Source of the DNA: an uncultured Desulfosarcina sp.
GTDB taxonomy: Bacteria > Desulfobacterota > Desulfobacteria > Desulfobacterales > Desulfosarcinaceae
DNA length: 64,000 bases
Direction of reading: 5' to 3'
Assembly: GCA_963674945.2 (NCBI GenBank)
Contig: CAXXWQ010000004.1
Location: forward strand, 2,912,001-2,976,000
Shown: positions 56,421 to 64,000 of the stretch, piece by piece
Layout of the letters: each line of letters begins with the position of its first letter
Numbering within the stretch: position 1 is the stretch's first letter
Notes under the pieces: model-generated
What the model saw: only the letters and a program-made list of their open reading frames with translations
The model's database searches: none
What the model was told of the DNA's origin: nothing
Position numbers and translations under genes: made by a program

Positions 56421-58727
56421 ATGGCGAAACGGTCAAAGAAGCGCGAGAAGAAGCGGCGGATTGCCTGGAAAATGTTGTTTTTCCTCGTTATATTTTTCGG
56501 TTTGCTGATAGCGGCGGGCTATGTTGCCTATCTCGATTTCACCGTTCGGACGCGGTTCGAGGGCAAGCGGTTTGCATTGCCGGCGCGTGTATATGCCCGG
56601 CCGCAGGAGCTCTATCCCGGCCTGAAGTTGCGCAAGACGGAGCTTTTGGCTGAGCTGAGTCTGCTCGGCTATCGGCAGACGAGCCGGCTTAGCGAACCGG
56701 GGAGCTACCATTGGCGTGGTCAGGTCGTGGACCTGGTGACACGACAGTTCGATTTTGGAAATGACCGTCAAGAATCGATGGCGCTGCGTGTGGTTTTTGA
56801 TAGCAGTGGTGTTACGGCACTGCAGCGGCGGGCCGATGGCACCCGACTCGACCTGGTCCGCCTGGATCCGGCCTTGATCGGGGGCATCTACCCGGGGAAA
56901 AATGAAGACCGTGTGTTGGTTGGATTGAAGGATGTGCCCCGGCATGTCATCGATGCCCTGATCGCCGTCGAGGACAATCGTTTTTACAGCCACCACGGTA
57001 TCGATCCACGCGGTATCGCCCGGGCCGTTTTCACCATCGTCAGCGGCGGGGGGCTGCAGGGCGGCAGCACCCTGACCCAGCAACTGGTCAAAAATTTCTA
57101 CCTGACCGCCGAGCGGACCTTGAAGCGCAAGTCCATCGAAATGGTGATGGCGGTGCTGCTGGAGATCCATTACAGCAAGGAGGAGATTCTCGAAACCTAT
57201 ATCAACGAAGTCTATCTGGCGCAGGACGGAAACCGTGCCATTCACGGCTTCGGTCTGGCCTGTTCTTATTTTTTCGATAAACCGCTGGAGAAGATCAGCC
57301 TTTCCGAAACCGCCCTTCTGGTTGGTCTTCTCAAGGGGCCGGCCTACTACAACCCCCGCCGCCATCCGAAACGCGCAATGGAGCGACGCAATCTGGTGCT
57401 GGCCGAGATGGCCGAAAGCGGTTATATCACCAAAGACCAGCAGATGGCGGCCCGGACCGCACCTCTGGGCGTCATCGATCGGCCGCCCCGGGGCACTTCG
57501 CCCTACCCGGCCTTTCTCGACCTTGTTCTCCGTCAGTTGCGGCGGGATTATCGTGAAGAAGACCTGCGCTCGGAAGGCCTGCGGATCATTACCACACTCG
57601 ATCCCCGGGTGCAGGGTATCGCCGAGAAATCCTTGACCGGCGGCCTGTCCAAGCTGGAAAAAAGCAGGGGCGGCAGAACCACCGGTCTGCAAGGCGCCAT
57701 CGTGGTGACGAGCGTCCACGATGCAGAGGTTCAGGCTTTGGTCGGCGATCGAAATCCCCGATTCAAAGGCTTTGACCGGGCTCTCGACGCCCATCGGCCT
57801 ATCGGCTCCCTGATCAAACCGATTGTCTACCTCACCGCACTCCAGGACCCGCGGCACTACACGCTGGCGACGCTGTTGGATGACAGCCCCCTGGTGCTGA
57901 AACAACAGGGATCCGAGGATTGGAAGCCGCAAAATTACGACAGGCAATCACACGGCATGGTAACGCTTCGCACCGCGCTGGCAAACTCCTACAACCTGTC
58001 CACCGTGCGACTGGGCCTTGACATTGGCGTCGCTCCGGTAATGGAGAACCTGCATCGCCTGGGAATGGACCGTGAGCTGTCAGCTTATGCCGCGAGTCTG
58101 CTCGGCGCCAACACCCTGTCGCCGATGGAAGTTACCCAGGTCTACCAGACCATTGCCGCCAGTGGTTTCCGAACGCCGTTAAAAGCGATCCGGGAAGTAT
58201 TGACCGCCGATGGCAAGCCGCTACAGCGTTATCCATTGGAGGTCGAACAGGTGATCGACCCGGCCTCGCTCTACCTGCTCACCGTGGCACTCCAGGATGT
58301 GGTGCGCGAGGGGACGGCACGCAGACTGGCCGCCCGCCTTCCTTCCGATATACAAGCGGCGGGAAAGACCGGCACCACAAATGAACTCCGCGACAGTTGG
58401 TTCGCGGGATTTACCGGCGATCGTCTGGCCGTGGTATGGGTCGGCCGCGACGACAACCAGCCGACAGGCCTGACCGGTTCCACCGGTGCCATGTCCGTCT
58501 GGGGCGATATGATGACGGAACTCGATCCAGAACCGCTCATACTGCCGGAACCGGATGGTATCGAACGGGCCTGGATCGATCCCGCATCAGGCCTGCTCAG
58601 CGGCAGCGATTGCCCCAACGCCGTCGAACTGCCCTTCATTGCAGGCTCTGCTCCCATCGATTCCGCCGATTGCGGTCCTCCCCCGGGCAAATCTATTAAA
58701 AACTGGTTCAAGAGGTTGTTTCGATGA
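56421..58727 (+). CDS. mrcB: Penicillin-binding protein 1B with UB2H-like domain
   Basis: PARVYARP, EDNRFYSH, QGGSTLTQQLVKN, RPIGSLIKP (SxxK), SYN, KTGT. Confidence 0.93.
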   Translation: MAKRSKKREKKRRIAWKMLFFLVIFFGLLIAAGYVAYLDFTVRTRFEGKRFALPARVYARPQELYPGLKLRKTELLAELSLLGYRQTSRLSEPGSYHWRGQVVDLVTRQFDFGNDRQESMALRVVFDSSGVTALQRRADGTRLDLVRLDPALIGGIYPGKNEDRVLVGLKDVPRHVIDALIAVEDNRFYSHHGIDPRGIARAVFTIVSGGGLQGGSTLTQQLVKNFYLTAERTLKRKSIEMVMAVLLEIHYSKEEILETYINEVYLAQDGNRAIHGFGLACSYFFDKPLEKISLSETALLVGLLKGPAYYNPRRHPKRAMERRNLVLAEMAESGYITKDQQMAARTAPLGVIDRPPRGTSPYPAFLDLVLRQLRRDYREEDLRSEGLRIITTLDPRVQGIAEKSLTGGLSKLEKSRGGRTTGLQGAIVVTSVHDAEVQALVGDRNPRFKGFDRALDAHRPIGSLIKPIVYLTALQDPRHYTLATLLDDSPLVLKQQGSEDWKPQNYDRQSHGMVTLRTALANSYNLSTVRLGLDIGVAPVMENLHRLGMDRELSAYAASLLGANTLSPMEVTQVYQTIAASGFRTPLKAIREVLTADGKPLQRYPLEVEQVIDPASLYLLTVALQDVVREGTARRLAARLPSDIQAAGKTGTTNELRDSWFAGFTGDRLAVVWVGRDDNQPTGLTGSTGAMSVWGDMMTELDPEPLILPEPDGIERAWIDPASGLLSGSDCPNAVELPFIAGSAPIDSADCGPPPGKSIKNWFKRLFR

Positions 58728-59155
58728 AAATGATCACCCGCCGGATATTCATTTTGATCGCCGCGCTAATTCTCGGCGGCTGCGCTGGTTCACGACAGAC
58801 CGGCGCGCCTCCGATGCAGCCGTCACAGCCGTCAGACAACACGGCGGTGATCGCTTTGCTGAACAAGGCGGGCAATCAATCCGCCGCGGGCCAAATGGAT
58901 GAGGCCAGTGAAAACCTGGAACGCGCGTTGCGCATGGAGCCGCGCAATCCCGTGCTGTGGCACGAACTGGCACGAATCCGGCTGGAACAGTGCCAATACC
59001 GGCAGGCCGAAAACATGGCGGCCAAATCCAACATGCTGACGGGGATCAACCAGTCTCTGAAGGCGAAAAACTGGCGTATCATCGGCGAGGCCCGCAGCCG
59101 GCTTGGCGATCTGCAAGGCGCGCAGGAGGCCTTCGAAAGGGCAGAACAGCCCTGA
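58724..59155 (+). CDS. TPR lipoprotein, LpoP-like candidate PBP1B activator
   Basis: Lipobox LGGC, LERALRMEPRNPVLWHELARIRL; start overlaps the mrcB stop. Confidence 0.75.
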   Translation: MKMITRRIFILIAALILGGCAGSRQTGAPPMQPSQPSDNTAVIALLNKAGNQSAAGQMDEASENLERALRMEPRNPVLWHELARIRLEQCQYRQAENMAAKSNMLTGINQSLKAKNWRIIGEARSRLGDLQGAQEAFERAEQP

Positions 59156-59201
59156 CCACCGGCAGTTGGCGGAATCGCGCCGCAAAGCCGGAGTGTAATT
59201 G
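59150..59201 (+). other. Degenerate attC-like hairpin
   Basis: CCCTGAC-CACCGGC..GCGG..CCGC..GCCGG-AGT-GTAATTG overlapping the stop codon; both core triplets are mutated. Confidence 0.3.
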
Positions 59202-59259
59202 CCGATGCGCGTCTCATAACGGGCTGCGAGATGCGATGCCATGGAGCGGGCAGGTATGT

Positions 59260-59473
59260 GTTGAATCCTTACTGGCACCTTGGTCCTATTGGTGTTCTGC
59301 CATCTCACAGGGGAAGAGGGGTTGGTACTGAACTGATGCAGCGTTTTTGCAAAAAAGTGGATAATTGTGCGGCAAAGGCATACCTGGAAACAGATCTGGA
59401 TGAAAATGTCCGTTTTTATGAAAAGTTAGATTTTCCGGAAATTTGGCCTGATCCAGCGGGCAGTTCACTTTGA
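59260..59473 (+). pseudogene. C-terminal fragment of a GNAT acetyltransferase
   Basis: WHLGPIGVLPSHRGRGVGTELM...AYLETDLDENVRFYEKL; N-terminal half absent. Confidence 0.7.
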
Positions 59474-59510
59474 AGGGCGGCCAGAGAGTCTCTCCTGAGA
59501 GGTCTTCTAT

Positions 59511-60728
59511 ATGAAGAGACGTAAGGTGAAGGACAACCGGGCTGAAGCAGGCGCAACACTCGATCGCGTGGAAGTACCTGCGCGGAATGTCGCATTCGAC
59601 TATTTACGAACATTTACAGTTGTTCTCGTGCTGTGCCACCACGCGATTCTCGCCTACACCAAATACGCTTTCATCAATCTTGAGAACCCGTTCGCAAATT
59701 CCAATCCGGTCGTAAACGAGCAGCGATGGATCGGATTTGATCTGATTGTGGCATTCAACGAGACGTTTTTCATGCCGTTGCTTTTCTTTGTCTCCGGGAT
59801 GTTTGTCTGGCAGAGTCTGGCAAGAAAGGGTGCCCGAAAATACCTTGGAGATCGTCTGACAAGGCTCGGCCTTCCCTTTGTCATCGGTGTTTTGTTCCTG
59901 ATTCCCCTGGCCTACTACCCTGCCCAGCTCCAAATAGAGCAGATTACAGGAGCGGACGCCGGCTATGGAATCTTCTGGCTCAAAATGGTCCGGTCCGGCT
60001 TCGGGACCGCCGGTCCCCTCTGGTTCATATGGCTGCTGCTGGCATTCAACGGCCTGGCAACCCTTTTGTATCGGGCCGCCCCTTTCCATGGAGATTTCAT
60101 CAGAAAGCGATTGACGATCATCATTGATCGCCCCGTAGGGTTTTTTGGAGCTCTGCTTGGAATTTCAATCGCCGTGTATCTGCCTGTTGCTGTCCTTATC
60201 GGACCGGAGCTGTGGATTGGAATTGGGCCCTTTCATGCACAGGCTATCCGAATGTTGCTCTATCGTGTGTACTTCCTTGCGGGTACGGCCGTCGGGACAT
60301 ATGGTTTGGACCACAGCATGTTCAGATCCGAGGGCGCCCTCGCCAAGCGTTGGTGGGTGTGGTTGGTTGTGGGTCTGATCTCTTTCATCGTGTTTATCAT
60401 CATGCTCGTCGTTGTATCTGATATGGAGCGAACCATTGTCAGTGAAACTGCTTTCGTGATCTGCTGCGGGGCCACCGTATTCGGGATGATTGGGCTCTTT
60501 CTTCGGTTTGCAAAACGGCGCGTAGGTATCTTCGACAGCCTGAGCGAAAACTCCTACGGGATCTATATTGTTCACTGGTTGTTTGTAACCTGGCTTCAGT
60601 ACTTGCTGTTGGGACGCACCCTTGCTCCCGGCGTGAAGGCGATGGTGGTGTTCCTGGGCACATTGGTTCTCAGTTGGGGAGCGGTTGCCGCTATTCGATG
60701 TATACCGGTTGTAAGGAAAGTCATATAA
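59511..60728 (+). CDS. Acyltransferase family 3 (OpgC/MdoC-like)
   Basis: FDYLR..LVLCHH, FFMPLLFFVSG, RLGLP, PLWF, SYGIYIVH. Confidence 0.9.
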   Translation: MKRRKVKDNRAEAGATLDRVEVPARNVAFDYLRTFTVVLVLCHHAILAYTKYAFINLENPFANSNPVVNEQRWIGFDLIVAFNETFFMPLLFFVSGMFVWQSLARKGARKYLGDRLTRLGLPFVIGVLFLIPLAYYPAQLQIEQITGADAGYGIFWLKMVRSGFGTAGPLWFIWLLLAFNGLATLLYRAAPFHGDFIRKRLTIIIDRPVGFFGALLGISIAVYLPVAVLIGPELWIGIGPFHAQAIRMLLYRVYFLAGTAVGTYGLDHSMFRSEGALAKRWWVWLVVGLISFIVFIIMLVVVSDMERTIVSETAFVICCGATVFGMIGLFLRFAKRRVGIFDSLSENSYGIYIVHWLFVTWLQYLLLGRTLAPGVKAMVVFLGTLVLSWGAVAAIRCIPVVRKVI

Positions 60729-60796
60729 CTTTAGATCCAAGGCGTTGCAGAGATCGGGACATAGACCGATTCATTGTGACTTTTTAGAGGCCGTGC

Positions 60797-61102
60797 ATGA
60801 ACAGATACTGTGATTTACACCTTCATTTGGGAAGAAGCATTTCTCAGAAGCTGGTGAGACAGTTTGCCCAATCGGACCATGACCAGTACGCCCTTGATGC
60901 GCTGGGAACCGATAATACACTGAATTTTTCAACGAGTTTTCAGTCGGAGAAGGACCTTTTTGTCAACGCGTTTTCCTATAATCCGGCCAACGGATGGAAT
61001 TACAGGTTTGGACAATCACACAGCATCGAAGGGGGACAAGGCCGTCTTGACACCCGATACGCTTGTGGTTACATACGTCAACGTATGAATTGGGGACATT
61101 GA
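60797..61102 (+). pseudogene. Possible fragment of an adenosine-deaminase-like amidohydrolase
   Basis: N-terminal DLHLHLGRSIS resembles the (D/E)LHxHLxGSI metal motif; the ORF is too short for the full fold. Confidence 0.3.
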
Positions 61103-61209
61103 TTGCGCTGGCCCTGTGTTGACTGATAAAGAATTGCTCCATTCGGTTTTTCCGGAAAACAACGGCGGCGGACGCATTTTACGGGCTTGTTGGGGGCCAA
61201 GAGGGTGGC

Positions 61210-62184
61210 ATGGGCGTGTACAGATTGATTTTGGCCGCATTGGTGGCCATCTCTCATACCGGTATTGATTTTTTCGGTTATAATCCCGGAGTGGTCGCGG
61301 TAATTTCCTTTTATCTGCTAAGCGGATATGTGATGACCATTTTAATTGACAAGTATTACAAGGATTCGTTTGCTATCTCCGCCTTCTATTTAGATCGGGC
61401 TGCAAGGCTTTTTCCACAGTTCCTCTTTTACATGCTTCTTGCATCAGGATGCATCTATTTTTTTAAAATTGAATCTCCATTCACATATCAACTCAATTTT
61501 TTTAAGTGGGTGCTGAATTTTTTCATACTTCCACAAGGGTTTTTTATGTATTGGGCGGATGGGGCTCTGGTGATACCGCAATCCTGGTCGCTCGGATTGG
61601 AAATGACCTTCTACCTGGTCATTCCATGGATATTGATGTATTGCCCAGCGCGATGGATTTATGGTTTGTCGGGCATTTCGTTTATCATTTTTTTGATGGC
61701 CTACTTCGGCAAGGTTAATTCTGACTACTTTGGCTATCGGCTTCTTCCGGGAACACTCTTTATGTTCCTCGTTGGATCCTCATTCTATAAAAATAATAAC
61801 GACGCCAAAAAATTCAGAGCGATTGTTTTTTTGTCGGTCGTGGCTCTTTTACTGTTCGCATTTCTTAAAAATACGCTTTATCAACTTCGCTATAACAAAG
61901 AAGTATTGGTAGGATTGATACTTGGCATTATTTGTGTGAATATTCTGAAAGAGAGTACTTTTTCTAAAATCGACGAATTTTTCGGAAACCTTAGTTATGG
62001 CGTATTCCTGAATCATTTTATTGTCATTTGGATAATGCAAAAATTTTTCGCAGTAAAATGTTTCAATACGGCCAATGTGGCAATCCTTTTGTTTGCCTCG
62101 TGTGCGCTTGCTTTTGGCTCCTTCCTTTTTGTTGAACGCCCTGCTTTAAAGTGGAGGCGCAGGATACGGTATGGCGTCAATTAG
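61210..62184 (+). CDS. Acyltransferase family 3 (OafA-like O-acetyltransferase), AT-rich
   Basis: RLILAALVAISH, FYLLSGYV, DRAARL, WSLGLEMTFY, GNLSYGVFLNH, VERP. Confidence 0.9.
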   Translation: MGVYRLILAALVAISHTGIDFFGYNPGVVAVISFYLLSGYVMTILIDKYYKDSFAISAFYLDRAARLFPQFLFYMLLASGCIYFFKIESPFTYQLNFFKWVLNFFILPQGFFMYWADGALVIPQSWSLGLEMTFYLVIPWILMYCPARWIYGLSGISFIIFLMAYFGKVNSDYFGYRLLPGTLFMFLVGSSFYKNNNDAKKFRAIVFLSVVALLLFAFLKNTLYQLRYNKEVLVGLILGIICVNILKESTFSKIDEFFGNLSYGVFLNHFIVIWIMQKFFAVKCFNTANVAILLFASCALAFGSFLFVERPALKWRRRIRYGVN

Positions 62185-62661
62185 AAACCATGATCATCTT
62201 TTTGTACCGGCTGAAAAAGCGGACGCTGCGCTATCGGCACTTAACGAGTTCAACAGGTAATATCAAAAACCATGTTAGCTGTTGTATATGGTTTAAACGA
62301 TGCCCTGCTTCTCATGCGGTGCACCACCAGGAAAACGATGGCATCGATATTGCTGTTATTCAGAACGAGTTTGCTTGGCATTTACCTCCATTTCGTTCAG
62401 GCACCTCACACTCACCTCCTTCGGCCCCGGAGCGATGCGATACACACATTGCTCCGGGGCCTACTTTTTGTCGTCTTGGTTTTGTTAAAAGAAGGCATTG
62501 AGTTAACGTTACATAACGCTACCGCTCTTTGGTAACGGGAACCACGATGGCAATGTCCTTCCCCGCCTTTCATCAGGCATCCCTACACTCCCACTATCTG
62601 CAGTCCCTGGCGGCTGCGGGCGATATTGACGATCATTTTCTCCCCATGCTACAGCAGATGA

Positions 62662-62916
62662 ATGAAAATGGTAAAGACACGGCGCGCCGATGGACCGGAT
62701 TTTTCGTCCATTTTCTGGAACACGTCGACTCTTTGGCGGGAGGCCAATGCCAGTTTGTCGGCCGCCATCCAGGAAAACCTGCCGGCAATGGACGAATTAT
62801 ACCAGCTCGCCGGCGGTATTCGAGAGGCCCTTGTTTCTCTTTTTCCCGTGATGGACGATCTGTGCCGGCGCACATGCCCCTCCTGTAATGATATCTGTTC
62901 TGAAAACACTCAATGA
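62662..62916 (+). pseudogene. Truncated Cys-rich hypothetical protein
   Basis: Ends just after LCRRTCPSCNDIC, suggesting truncation of a Cys-cluster protein. Confidence 0.3.
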
Positions 62917-63110
62917 AGTGAAATGGATGCGACGCAAACTGGAAGACGATTTCATTTTTGCCGTGAGCGGATCTAATTTGAAGACCGACGGCCAAAGCCG
63001 CCGTCGGTCTTCGTCGTACCGGAACCGTTGGAGAGGAAGAAAGAGGGATCTGTGGACTTGTGTGATCAATCACATCCATCAAAGGTCATCCCAGCGCGGG
63101 CCGTCCCCGG

Positions 63111-64000
63111 TCAGGCGGCCTTCCCGGGAACCAACTCTATCACCTTGCCCTTGCAGTTGAGCAACCAATGACAATCCTCGTCCGCCCGCAAGTGGCACCC
63201 TTGTGGGATGGCAAGCCCTTCTATCACGGGCAACTGGCACTGTTCTTCAGCCTCTGTTTCCGTCGCTGACGCCTGCCGGCTGTGTTCCCGGGCAATCAAC
63301 ATGTAGATGGACGGAATGACCAACAACGTAAAAGCCGTGCCGATGGTCATTCCCCCCACCAGCACCAGGCCGATGGAATTGCGGGCGGCGGCACCGGCGC
63401 CGCTGGCCAGGATCAGGGGGAAGTAGCCCACGATGGTGGCGGTGCTGGTCATCAGAACGGGACGCAGCCGTATCAGAACCGCCGCTTTGATGGCATCGCG
63501 CTTGGTCATGCCACGTACCTGCAGCTTGTTGGCGAATTCGACGATGAGGATTCCGTTCTTCGACACGACGCCAACCAGCGTCACCAACCCCACCTGGGAA
63601 TAGATGTTCAACGTCGTCGTCCATGATTCTGTCCAGAAAGCCACGTTGGGATCAGGCATCTTAAGGAAAGAGAAGATCAGAGCCCCGAACATGGCCAGAG
63701 GAACGGATCCGGCCAGAATGACGAAGGGATCACGGAAACTGTTGTACTGGGCGGCCAGGGTGAGGAAGATCATGATCAGCGCCAGTCCGAAGGCAGGAAG
63801 AAATTTGTTGCCTTCAGCACGCAGCTGTCGTGACTCGCCGGTGTAGTCGATGACGTAGCCCTGGGGCAGAATCTTTGCGGCTTCATCTTCGAGAAACGTC
63901 AACGCCTCATCCAGGGGCCGGATGGCGACGCCGGAAAGCTTCACCGCATTGAATTGCTGAAAGCGATTGATGGAGCGGGGTACGGTTCGGTACTCCACCC
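63111..64000 (-). CDS. RND efflux permease subunit, C-terminal part (runs off window end)
   Basis: LAAQYNSFRDP, IYSQVGLVTLVGVVSKNGILIVEFAN, RLRPVLMT. Confidence 0.93.
   Translation of the reverse strand, partial: VEYRTVPRSINRFQQFNAVKLSGVAIRPLDEALTFLEDEAAKILPQGYVIDYTGESRQLRAEGNKFLPAFGLALIMIFLTLAAQYNSFRDPFVILAGSVPLAMFGALIFSFLKMPDPNVAFWTESWTTTLNIYSQVGLVTLVGVVSKNGILIVEFANKLQVRGMTKRDAIKAAVLIRLRPVLMTSTATIVGYFPLILASGAGAAARNSIGLVLVGGMTIGTAFTLLVIPSIYMLIAREHSRQASATETEAEEQCQLPVIEGLAIPQGCHLRADEDCHWLLNCKGKVIELVPGKAA

Noticed and set aside
56433..57947. 504-aa antisense ORF
   Set aside because: Shadow of mrcB.

Overview
This is a Desulfobacterota-like (deltaproteobacterial, sulfate-reducer type) chromosomal segment around the probable replication origin; the taxonomy is inferred from gene content. 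1-16 kb: mnmE(partial)-jag-yidC-yidD-rnpA-rpmH, RNase G, a TIGR03960-type radical SAM protein, HtrA, AsnRS, an archaeal-type ThyA, a putative structured ncRNA and gyrB-dnaN. dnaA, recF and gyrA are not in the window, yet the AT-rich region upstream of dnaN has oriC basal-unwinding architecture (DnaA-trios, GC spacer, tandem divergent boxes). 16-22 kb: a split RdgC pair and, divergently, an EndoQ(PHP)-UvrD fusion ending in the beta-clamp motif QLSLF, followed by a HEAT-repeat gene. This is the best candidate for an uncharacterised clamp-coupled DNA repair module. 22-51 kb: PBP1A, hisI-hisG-aminotransferase-engB-era-hydrolase, a hybrid histidine kinase, a chemosensory operon with a sigma28-type promoter, and a MoxR/vWA Bat operon containing an inverted heptamer-repeat element. 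51-64 kb is accessory. It holds a complete 2456-bp CAG-ended IS with a 5-bp target duplication, a decaying series of attC-like sites and gene fragments without an integrase (CALIN-like), an IS630 remnant, a PBP1B plus LpoP-like pair, two acyltransferase-3 genes and a partial RND transporter. All calls come from motif reading; no database searches were run.
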